Source of the DNA: Bdellovibrio sp.
Lineage (GTDB): Bacteria; Bdellovibrionota; Bdellovibrionia; Bdellovibrionales; Bdellovibrionaceae
Assembly (NCBI GenBank): GCA_036677065.1
Contig: JAKFBS010000001.1
Span: 160,001-224,000, forward strand
Length of the DNA: 64,000 bases
Direction of reading: 5' to 3'
Positions within the stretch are counted from its first letter, which is position 1, and the number at the start of each line of letters is the position of its first letter. The translations under genes and the position numbers were made by a program. Below the pieces are notes generated by a model. That model made no database searches and was not told the origin of the DNA. It saw nothing but the letters and a program-made list of their open reading frames with translations. Below, one piece after another: positions 19,742-28,013 of the stretch.

Positions 19742-20701
19742 TTACGGAGCCCAAGCTTTATACCAAAGTGCTCCATCACTTCCGCGGGCAAATACAAAGA
19801 TGCGGGCATTGCTGAAATCTCTGGCGTAAGTGACTGCTCCGGGACCAGAAGTAATTCCGGCATTATTCGGACTGCCAAGATTTACATTGGCTCCCCACGC
19901 GCCATTGATCCAAGTTTTTTGAATGAGGGTATTATTAGGAGCTCTGGCAAATAAATCCAGTGAACCTTGATAGCGGCTGACAATGTCAGGTGAGCCGATC
20001 ACTGTACCACTGCCGATGTAAAAAGGCGGATACCAAAGGCCACCTTCCATAAATCGATGGATTAAAGTTCCGGTTGTAGCTCGCACTACTAAATCCAATC
20101 TTCCTGGAGATTGATGAATTGCAGCTGGGTCGCTCGTCATATACGAACTTACTTGTAGCCAAGTTTTGTTGTAACAACTGCTGTCAGCCAAAGAACACGG
20201 TCTATAATAAATTATGTTGTTAGATCCTCGCGCAAAAAGTTGTGGCAATGATTGCCCATCATTTAATGACGGCGAAGATAAACCAGATCCCATGGCTAAT
20301 CTGTTATTGGAAATTCCGTTAACTAACCATTTTGTCCAAGGCGTGAAATTATTCAGGCCTGCGTGATATGTTTGATAAAGGAATCCGTCATATCCTACAG
20401 CATAAGCTTCGAAATAATCTGCATCGCGATAGGCCCTGCAAGCAACTGATGGTGAACCAGTAAATTGTCTTGTGCCGGGAATTCTTTTCCACTCATCCCA
20501 GATTCCTGTGCTTAATGTTCTCATCCGATACCACATAGCATAGTCAGTACCTTTAGCGACGACGAATGTTTTTCCGCGTGAAGTACAGGCTGCTGGGTCA
20601 GAAAGGATGCCGCCACCCAAAGTAACCCACGGAGTCCATGCCGCGAAAGCTGGAGCTGCGAATAATATTATTGAAATTAAAAAAAGAAAAAAGCGAACCA
20701 T
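19742..20701 (-). CDS. Secreted PLL-like beta-propeller lectin paralogue 1
   Basis: AGGAGG SD before ATG 20701, signal peptide AFA-A, same six repeats. Confidence 0.75.
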   Translation of the reverse strand: MVRFFLFLISIILFAAPAFAAWTPWVTLGGGILSDPAACTSRGKTFVVAKGTDYAMWYRMRTLSTGIWDEWKRIPGTRQFTGSPSVACRAYRDADYFEAYAVGYDGFLYQTYHAGLNNFTPWTKWLVNGISNNRLAMGSGLSSPSLNDGQSLPQLFARGSNNIIYYRPCSLADSSCYNKTWLQVSSYMTSDPAAIHQSPGRLDLVVRATTGTLIHRFMEGGLWYPPFYIGSGTVIGSPDIVSRYQGSLDLFARAPNNTLIQKTWINGAWGANVNLGSPNNAGITSGPGAVTYARDFSNARIFVFARGSDGALWYKAWAP

Positions 20702-20761
20702 ATAAACCTCCTGTTGTATTCGAATGGCATTCTGCCTCGAGATGTACAAAAGGTAATTAAC

Positions 20762-20777
20762 AGCAAATTAAATGCCC
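20762..20777 (-). promoter_or_regulatory. Putative sigma54 promoter of the lectin triplet
   Basis: GGGCAT-TTAAT-TTGCT on the minus strand, GG-N10-GC. Confidence 0.55.
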
Positions 20778-20784
20778 CGCTTTT

Positions 20785-21348
20785 TTAGAACGCCGAGCTT
20801 GATAAAGATAACGTGTGCTTTTTTAAATCTTTTGGCCAATCAGCAATAGCTGCTTTAAATTTGTCTTCATCTTGGCGGTATAAATAACGAATCGCATCTT
20901 CAAAATTATTTAAATCACCAGCGATCGAATTCAAAAACGTGTAAACACTTTCTTGCGTTTGTTTAATTTTATCTTTGGGCGTTGCCGTTTTTATCTTCTC
21001 ATCGACTAGGCGTCTAATTGTAGCTGAAGCGCCTCCTGATTGCGTTGAAAGCCATTCCCAGTGAATCGGCATAAGTGATATTTCACGGGGCTTCACGCCC
21101 ATCTTCGGGCGACCTGGGCTGATGCCAGTCGTTGTAGTTTCTGCGGCTTTATAAACGTTTAATCTTTCGACCACGTCTTTGTCGGTGCCACTTAGATCTA
21201 AATCCATTTGTTTACCAGACAGGTCACTGAAAATAAGAATGCGAGCAGTGGTTTCTTTTTTTAGATATTTTTTGGTGGCGATAGCCACGGCTTCGATATG
21301 GCCTTGGGCAATTAATTTAAAACCGTCGAATACTGTGTAATTGAACAT
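20785..21348 (-). CDS. DUF2239 family protein
   Basis: IFSDLSGKQMDLDL, PGRPKMGVKPREISLMPIHWEWL and GGASATIRRLVD motifs. Confidence 0.88.
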   Translation of the reverse strand: MFNYTVFDGFKLIAQGHIEAVAIATKKYLKKETTARILIFSDLSGKQMDLDLSGTDKDVVERLNVYKAAETTTTGISPGRPKMGVKPREISLMPIHWEWLSTQSGGASATIRRLVDEKIKTATPKDKIKQTQESVYTFLNSIAGDLNNFEDAIRYLYRQDEDKFKAAIADWPKDLKKHTLSLSSSAF

Positions 21349-21366
21349 AACTTACCTCGTGAAGTT

Positions 21367-21415
21367 AATATTATCCGGATAAAATAGCATTGTCAATATT
21401 ATCCGGGTAAAATAG
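21367..21415 (-). promoter_or_regulatory. Sigma70 promoter overlapped by two palindromic operators
   Basis: TTGACA(21396-21391)-N17-TAATAT(21373-21368); 21-bp repeat AATATTATCCGGRTAAAATAG at 21367 and 21395. Confidence 0.8.
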
Positions 21416-21442
21416 GTAAGCTGCTGAAAAGCTTGAGAAAAA

Positions 21443-21904
21443 TTATTTTTGCGCTCTAAAAAATAGCTTAGTGCCTTCAGCTTGAGTGGGCTGATCTTCT
21501 TCTTCTGGCACCGATACAGAGGCTGTATAGTACAATTCAACATAAGGATTGCCGTCTTTTGTTTTCTTAATGCTTACTTCAATTTGATCGATATACCAAC
21601 AGCCTGGATCATCGCATTCTCTTTCGCCGCGGTAGATAAGAGTTTGATTCTTTTCATCAATCGTCATTTCTTCGTTATCTAAATAAACGCCCGGCCCTTT
21701 TGAGCTGCTGTAGTCCATAGAAATAGTATAAATAAATTGAGCCGGCTCAAACAGATCAGCTTCTTGGACTAAGACTTTTTCAATGGTGACATCGCCATTT
21801 TTACTTGTGCCGAGATACTTTCCGACAAGCGCATCAAGATTTTGATTTTGCGCAAAAGCACTGATTTGAAACAGCATAATTGATAAGGCGGCGATAAGTT
21901 TCAT
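21443..21904 (-). CDS. Secreted hypothetical protein
   Basis: AGGAG SD, signal peptide AFA-Q. Confidence 0.7.
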   Translation of the reverse strand: MKLIAALSIMLFQISAFAQNQNLDALVGKYLGTSKNGDVTIEKVLVQEADLFEPAQFIYTISMDYSSSKGPGVYLDNEEMTIDEKNQTLIYRGERECDDPGCWYIDQIEVSIKKTKDGNPYVELYYTASVSVPEEEDQPTQAEGTKLFFRAQK

Positions 21905-21997
21905 AGAAACTCCTTTGTTATGCCGCCAACAATATAGTGATTAACCAGAAACTTCGTCTGTTAGTTTTCTAACAGGGATTTTTTACTTAAAAACAGT

Positions 21998-22390
21998 CTA
22001 TTTTTTCTTAAACAAGGTCTTCACCGTCGAAGCATAAGGCTCAGCAAAGAACGCTAAGTACACCGTTAACAGCCCTAAAATGATCGCTATTGGTAAACCC
22101 TGAGGTTGTAAAAATGCATGCACTAAAAAGATGTGGATCATGATCGGAGCTAAGATCACTAGCGCTAGTGGAACAAAAAATCCGCTCAGCAATAACAATC
22201 CACAAACAGTCTCAGTTAATTTTAAAAATGGCATAAAGTAAGTTGTCGCCATTAAACCTGTTGTGAAAGTCACAAGTTTTTCTGGAAGATCTGGTGGAAC
22301 CGGAACTAAATTTAGTAAACCGGCTAAGCCTGATGCGAACATCACTAAACCAAGTAAAATGCGGGCGATTAATGGTAGTTTTGCTTTCAT
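21998..22390 (-). CDS. DoxX family membrane protein
   Basis: ARILLGL, E..CGLLLLSGFFVPLALVILAP pattern. Confidence 0.85.
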   Translation of the reverse strand: MKAKLPLIARILLGLVMFASGLAGLLNLVPVPPDLPEKLVTFTTGLMATTYFMPFLKLTETVCGLLLLSGFFVPLALVILAPIMIHIFLVHAFLQPQGLPIAIILGLLTVYLAFFAEPYASTVKTLFKKK

Positions 22391-22444
22391 GAGAAATACT
22401 CCTTGTTTACACCAATCCTGGCACGGGAATTTCTAAAAATGTAC

Positions 22445-22479
22445 AAAAAAGAAAAGGCCAGACAGAATGGTCTGGCCTT
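22445..22479 (-). terminator. Intrinsic terminator
   Basis: aaggccagac-N6-gtctggcctt with A-rich flank. Confidence 0.7.
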
Positions 22480-22505
22480 AATAGATTTTATTTATATCTA
22501 TTCGT

Positions 22506-23006
22506 CTATTGTAACTTTGCCGATTCAGTTACCGAGATCGAAGATTTTAAAACTAAGTCGCAAAAATCTCCACCACAAGCTTCACGAGCTTTTTTTTCGT
22601 CAGAAAACATTTTTGTCGCATCAATGGTGGTTGTTACGTCGTACATACCGTCATCACGGTATTCAACAGTTTTGATTTCATAAATGCCGGCAGATTTTCT
22701 TGAAGCAGAAATAAATTGAATAGCCTGGTCACTGATTTTGAAATCAGTCGAGATATTTCCCATTTCAGCTAAACTTGCATAACCTAGGTATATTGAATAG
22801 CGCGGCGATACATCAGTGCTCATTCCGCCGTCTGTCACGATGATGGACAATTTTTTATGTGAAGATCCTAGATTGTCTTTGTCTACTAAACGAATACTTT
22901 TATCAATACTTGAAGGGGCGATGTTTAACTCTTCAGATTGAATTGTTTTAGCTTGGGCTGTTAGCGCCGTTAAAAAGATAAGAGCCGAGATTAAAAAATG
23001 TTTCAT
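22506..23006 (-). CDS. Secreted hypothetical protein
   Basis: Signal peptide AQA-K; DGGMSTDVSP motif. Confidence 0.7.
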   Translation of the reverse strand: MKHFLISALIFLTALTAQAKTIQSEELNIAPSSIDKSIRLVDKDNLGSSHKKLSIIVTDGGMSTDVSPRYSIYLGYASLAEMGNISTDFKISDQAIQFISASRKSAGIYEIKTVEYRDDGMYDVTTTIDATKMFSDEKKAREACGGDFCDLVLKSSISVTESAKLQ

Positions 23007-23104
23007 AAGTTTTCCTGGTTAGATTGTTCGCTAATATATGTACAAAAATTCAATGTATAAATAAAGAGATAGAATTTTATATATAATATCACTATACTGA
23101 TGTA

Positions 23105-23980
23105 ATGAATTCACCACCATATGCCCTAATTGCGTCCTTTCTGGCTTTTACTGAAGCGCACAATATGCAGAGAGCCGCAGAGGCGCTAAAAATTTCACAG
23201 CCGGCGCTAACCAGCCACTTAAAAAGTTTTGAACAGTATTTTCCGCAACCTGTGTTTATCTTTGAAGGCCGCCGAAAAGTGCTAACGTCCTTTGGAGAAG
23301 AAGTGCGAAGCCTTTTTAAAAGTCGATTTGATTACTTGGAAGAGGATTTAAATCTTTTGGCAGAACGATCACAGGATGCCAAGAATATATGGTTTAAGAT
23401 TGCAGGCCGCGGTGAAATTCTGAATTTACTGGCGTCAGCTATAAATTTTTCTGGAACATTAGAATTTGTACCGATTACCACAGAAGCCGTAGCTCAAGGT
23501 TTGCGTGAACGTAAATTTGATATTGGTATTACCTACGATCTTTCTCAAGTTGGTGATTTGCACGCGAAAAAGTTTTTTACCTATGATTATAGCATCGCAG
23601 TGCCATCACGCTGGAAAATTAAAGCTGCCAAGCTTTCACATGAAGTGCTTGAAAAGCTAATTGACTTACCCTATTTGTCACACCGTCCACAATCAGAAAA
23701 TTTGCAAACTTTAGTTGATAAGTACCAGATAAAAAAAAGACCGCACTACAAAAAAGTTATACCTGAATGGACTAAGCTAGCAGAGCTTGCTAGTAATACT
23801 GAAGGCTGGACAATTATGCCAACGCATTTTGCGCGTGATTTGAAAAATGTGGATGTAATTCAAATACCAACGAATTTAATCCCAGAGGTTCAGTTCTATA
23901 TTTTGTACCGCAAAGAATCTTTGGCCCGTTCGGGATTTAAAAATATTTTAGAACAAATGCGCCAAGGCGTTCCAGAATAA
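23105..23980 (+). CDS. LysR-family transcriptional regulator
   Basis: N-terminal HTH RAAEALKISQPALTSHLKSFE, 291 aa. Confidence 0.9.
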   Translation: MNSPPYALIASFLAFTEAHNMQRAAEALKISQPALTSHLKSFEQYFPQPVFIFEGRRKVLTSFGEEVRSLFKSRFDYLEEDLNLLAERSQDAKNIWFKIAGRGEILNLLASAINFSGTLEFVPITTEAVAQGLRERKFDIGITYDLSQVGDLHAKKFFTYDYSIAVPSRWKIKAAKLSHEVLEKLIDLPYLSHRPQSENLQTLVDKYQIKKRPHYKKVIPEWTKLAELASNTEGWTIMPTHFARDLKNVDVIQIPTNLIPEVQFYILYRKESLARSGFKNILEQMRQGVPE

Positions 23981-23982
23981 AA

Positions 23983-24765
23983 TTATTTAGCGTTGTTCTG
24001 CTTTAATTCTGGCATAAAACTCGGATTTTCTGCTTTATGATCAGGAAGTGATGCTTTAATTTTTGCTGAAACGCTATCAGCCCAGTAATTTGCTAAATCT
24101 CCAGCGTAATGCAAGTTATCACTTCGATTGGGTAGAATAGCTTTGCCTTTAGATTTAATTTCGCGGCTATCAATGTATGTGCAGCGCTGGCTGACAGCTG
24201 CTTCTAAATTATCGATAAAGGTTTTGATTCTGGGTTGCCCGCATTTTTTTCCGATGACGCCTATTGCAGGCTGTTCGGTCGGACCAACCCAAAGGCATTT
24301 TGATTTTGAACGCAGCTGCGCTAACAGCTCTTTGACCGCTGCCATTTGTTCAGTTTTATCTGTGATATTGCATTTTGAATATAAATCATTTGTACCCAGT
24401 GCGATCACCACTGTCGGTTCGACACCTTGAAATAATTGGCTTGGCGTTGGAAAATCTTTTTTTGGAGCTTTGCCGTTAACCTGGCCGTCTCCGTCACAGT
24501 AATAACCGATGTTTAATTTACGAATAGTTGAATTATCTTTTTTATTCCAGTGCTGGGCCGCTGAGCCGACAACACCATAACGTTTAACCGGAGATTTACC
24601 TAAAACAAGCTCAAGATTTTTTTCTAATCTTTGACCGAAAGTACCCACGGTGTGTGAATCGCCAATGTAGATCACGCGATCGGCCGACGTCGAATTCTGG
24701 CAAGCCAAGCTTTGTGCCCCGCTAAACCAGATCGTTAAGCTAAGAAATATTTTTAAACTATTCAC
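23983..24765 (-). CDS. Secreted SGNH/GDSL hydrolase
   Basis: IGDSH, LGTND and DNLHY blocks. Confidence 0.85.
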   Translation of the reverse strand: MNSLKIFLSLTIWFSGAQSLACQNSTSADRVIYIGDSHTVGTFGQRLEKNLELVLGKSPVKRYGVVGSAAQHWNKKDNSTIRKLNIGYYCDGDGQVNGKAPKKDFPTPSQLFQGVEPTVVIALGTNDLYSKCNITDKTEQMAAVKELLAQLRSKSKCLWVGPTEQPAIGVIGKKCGQPRIKTFIDNLEAAVSQRCTYIDSREIKSKGKAILPNRSDNLHYAGDLANYWADSVSAKIKASLPDHKAENPSFMPELKQNNAK

Positions 24766-24768
24766 TTT

Positions 24769-25602
24769 TTATAAATCAGTTAATTCGACTTGTAGATCAG
24801 TTGCCGGATGATCTGAACCTTTATCGTGAATAAAGCGCGCACGATTAATTTTCATACCGCGCGTGTAAGCATCATCTAGTTGCTTTTTCTTGATCGGGTT
24901 TTCCCAAGGAACTTGTTTTAATCCCGCTGAAGCTAAAATACGTTTTGTTAAAGCAACGCGAGAAGCATTTTTCGTATTAAAATCACCGGCGAATACCACT
25001 GGTCCGTTATGCGCTTTGATTTCAGGTAAAATCATATTTAATTGGCGCTCTAAGGCTTCGTCACCATCCCAATTAATTCCGTGAATACTGATCGCTAATA
25101 ATTTCTTAGCACTTCCTGGCACGGCATAATACGCAAGTACTGTGGCCTTAGGGCTTTTAACAAACGGTTCGATATCTTTTGTTCTGTAAAAATGAACATT
25201 GTGCGGGCGCGCTGCCGAGCCTAACACAGTGCCTGCAGCAATATCGTTTTTCATATCAAAAGATGCAGCTAAGTGCCATTCCCAGCCAGCAATTTTAAAG
25301 CTGTCAGAAACCGGCGATCCAGTTGTTGCTTCTGATAACATAATTAGATCTCTATTTTTTGCCAGCGCTGCAAAAGATTTTTTATAGTCAGCTTTTCTGC
25401 CTTTATAAATATTCCAAGATAGGATGCTTAGCTTTGTTGAATTTAATGTGGGTAAAGAAGCTTGTCCCATCGAATGCATCACATGGGCATCATCAGGAAT
25501 ACTTTCGCATAAAAAAGAACATGAGCCGTAACCCGAACCTGCTGACTGAGCCTGAGGAATTAAAGTTAAAGATAGCAAAGACAGAAGTAATAATTTTTTC
25601 AT
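24769..25602 (-). CDS. Secreted endonuclease/exonuclease/phosphatase family protein (YafD-like)
   Basis: WNIYK, HGIN, AGDFN and SDHP motifs. Confidence 0.88.
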   Translation of the reverse strand: MKKLLLLSLLSLTLIPQAQSAGSGYGSCSFLCESIPDDAHVMHSMGQASLPTLNSTKLSILSWNIYKGRKADYKKSFAALAKNRDLIMLSEATTGSPVSDSFKIAGWEWHLAASFDMKNDIAAGTVLGSAARPHNVHFYRTKDIEPFVKSPKATVLAYYAVPGSAKKLLAISIHGINWDGDEALERQLNMILPEIKAHNGPVVFAGDFNTKNASRVALTKRILASAGLKQVPWENPIKKKQLDDAYTRGMKINRARFIHDKGSDHPATDLQVELTDL

Positions 25603-25814
25603 ATACCCACCTAGTTGTTGTTCTAGGGGGCTTATCGTCTAGTTAAGGAAGCTGCTTTAAATACTTATAAAATGTAAATCTCATTTGCAGGACTAGACTT
25701 GTCCCTTTTTGAGACCTGTTAAAATTCAGTCAGGGGCATTTTTGCCAGAGTTACCTATATAAAACAACTCCTACGACTAAAGCCCTGTCATGATAATTGC
25801 TCATTCGCCTCAGG

Positions 25815-26573
25815 ATGGAAAACGCGTGTGGTTCAGTGAAGTTTAGAGTTTTTGCTTTTGCATTTTTTTTGCTTAGCTCTATAGCTAATGCAGAGATGCC
25901 GCTAGCGACTCCTGATTACCACAACCAGTACGAAATCAATTCTGAAACAGTGTATTTTTCTGACAGTAAATTAGTGCAAAGTGATTTGCGCTTATTAGTT
26001 GGCAGAAAGTTTGATGTTTTTTCAAATCGTGATTTGCGTTTAGCTGTCGGTGGTTATGGGCTTTATCAGGATTCTGAACTTTTTGATTACAGCTATCGTC
26101 ACGGTGCTGTCGCACAGGTGAAACTAAATCTTTGGCGTAATTGGCTATTTTTTGTTTACGAATATCACTATTTTATCACACGCACTGATTCAGATTATCA
26201 AAACGAAAATCGTTTTGGTTTATATGGTGGATACTATTATCAATTTAATGAACGCACCAATTTGGATATTTATGCCGAAACTTTTCATATACCGGATATT
26301 TCGCGCGATCACCCGCTAAGCACCGGCCGCGCAAGTATTTTTTGGGACACAAAACTTTGTGATTTTCACATCCTAGATTTGTTAACAGAAATTTATGCTA
26401 AAGATTCTCCGGCGAGTTGGGGCGGTTCGCGCACTGATTTACGCGTTGGGGTTAAGTTTCAGCCTTGGGATTTCATTGCAGCTAAGCTTTTTGTGCCCGT
26501 GGCCTCTAGCGAAGATGATGCGACTGGTGAATGGCAGGGTCAACTCAACATTTACAAAGTCGGAGATTTTTAA
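25815..26573 (+). CDS. Outer-membrane beta-barrel protein, putative glycan export pore (start uncertain)
   Basis: Signal peptide ANA-E, aromatic amphipathic strands, C-terminal Phe; first gene of the GT2 operon. Confidence 0.6.
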   Translation: MENACGSVKFRVFAFAFFLLSSIANAEMPLATPDYHNQYEINSETVYFSDSKLVQSDLRLLVGRKFDVFSNRDLRLAVGGYGLYQDSELFDYSYRHGAVAQVKLNLWRNWLFFVYEYHYFITRTDSDYQNENRFGLYGGYYYQFNERTNLDIYAETFHIPDISRDHPLSTGRASIFWDTKLCDFHILDLLTEIYAKDSPASWGGSRTDLRVGVKFQPWDFIAAKLFVPVASSEDDATGEWQGQLNIYKVGDF

Positions 26574-26576
26574 ATT

Positions 26577-28013
26577 ATGGAAAATATATGGATAATATTT
26601 TCGTATTTTATAATTTCTGCTGTTCTGCTTTTTTGCGTGGACGATTTATTCATCGATTTCATCGCGCTAGTTTTTAATTTAAAGCCAAAAGCGATTTCAA
26701 TGGATCAGCTTGCTAACATGCACAATATGCCCCAAAAACGAATTGCGATTATGATCGCCAATTGGCATGAAGACGACATCATCGAACGTATGATTCATGG
26801 CAATGTCGGGCGTGTTGATTATTTAAATTACGATATTTTCTTAGGCGTATATCCAAACGATACAGCAACCGTTGTCGCGGCTGAGCGGCTCGAGACTGCC
26901 TATAGCCGGGTTCATGTGGTGATCAATAGTAAGAATGGCCCATCGTCTAAAGGGCAAATGTTAAATGAAATTTTTCATCACATTACGGCAAAAGAAATTA
27001 GCGAGAAAAAAATCTACGATATTTTTATGCTGCACGACTCAGAAGATATTATTCATCCCTTGGCGTTAAAATTAGTTAATTATGAAATGGATGAAGCCGA
27101 TTTTTTACAAACACCGGTATTTAGTTTGCCGACCCGTTGGGCTGATTTAACCAGAGCTGTATATATAGATGAATTTACCGAAAGCCATACTAAAGACATG
27201 CTTGTGCGCAGTTTTTTAAAAGGCGGCGTTCCTTCGGCTGGTGTGGGCACTGCGATGTCACACTTATTTGTGTCTGAAATTAGGCTATTACAAAAGGGAC
27301 AACTTTTAAAAGAAGACACATTAACCGAAGATTATCATTTAGGATTGATGGCCCAGCGTCTTGGTTATGAAAGTAAGTTTGTTTGTAACTACGCTCAGAA
27401 AAAAAATCGCATTGATTATATTGCCACACGTGAATATTTTCCGGCATCGATATCCACCTCGGTTCGCCAAAAAACGCGTTGGACTTTAGGGATCAGCTTT
27501 CAAGGTTATGACAACTTAAAATGGTCTAAAACTTTGGCTGAAAACTATTTTCTATGGCGCGATCGTCGTAGTTTTTTAAATGCGATAGTTTTGGTGTTAT
27601 CGTATTCACTTACGTTATCTTATCTGAGTTATTATTTTATATCAGGTGAATGGCCAAAATTTTTAACGAGCGATCATATTTTATTGAGCATACTGTCGTT
27701 AAATTTTTACTTGATGGCGATTCGACTTGTGCAGCGTTATCGCTTAGTGTTTGAACTTAATGGTTTAAAATTAGCGTTATTGATTCCTGCGCGCTGGTTT
27801 TTGGCAAATTATATTAATACTGTGGCCTCATTCGAGGCGTTTAAAACTTATCGTGCCCACATGAAAACAGGAACTCGTCCGCAATGGGTTAAGACGGTTC
27901 ACGAATTGCCAACTTTTTTCGGAGCCACAGCTGTTTCACCACCGCAACTTCATATTGAAAATATAACAAATGAAATGACTTTAAAAAGCCAAACAACGGA
28001 GCAAACTTTATGA
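26577..28013 (+). CDS. NfrB-like processive GT2 glycosyltransferase without C-terminal MshEN domain
   Basis: GVYPND, GPSSK, HDSED, YIDEF, PSAGVGT, LTEDY, REYFP, RQKTRW and WVKTVH motifs as in E. coli NfrB. Confidence 0.85.
   Translation: MENIWIIFSYFIISAVLLFCVDDLFIDFIALVFNLKPKAISMDQLANMHNMPQKRIAIMIANWHEDDIIERMIHGNVGRVDYLNYDIFLGVYPNDTATVVAAERLETAYSRVHVVINSKNGPSSKGQMLNEIFHHITAKEISEKKIYDIFMLHDSEDIIHPLALKLVNYEMDEADFLQTPVFSLPTRWADLTRAVYIDEFTESHTKDMLVRSFLKGGVPSAGVGTAMSHLFVSEIRLLQKGQLLKEDTLTEDYHLGLMAQRLGYESKFVCNYAQKKNRIDYIATREYFPASISTSVRQKTRWTLGISFQGYDNLKWSKTLAENYFLWRDRRSFLNAIVLVLSYSLTLSYLSYYFISGEWPKFLTSDHILLSILSLNFYLMAIRLVQRYRLVFELNGLKLALLIPARWFLANYINTVASFEAFKTYRAHMKTGTRPQWVKTVHELPTFFGATAVSPPQLHIENITNEMTLKSQTTEQTL

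Noticed and set aside
17824..20701. Near-identical DNA blocks as a CRISPR array or DGR template/variable repeat
   Set aside because: The blocks lie at equivalent positions inside paralogous coding genes; no regular spacers, no cas or reverse transcriptase gene, and no A-specific mismatch pattern noticed
22420..22435. TGGCAC-GGGAA-TTTCT sigma54-like box
   Set aside because: Lacks the -12 GC and points into a terminator of the opposite-strand gene
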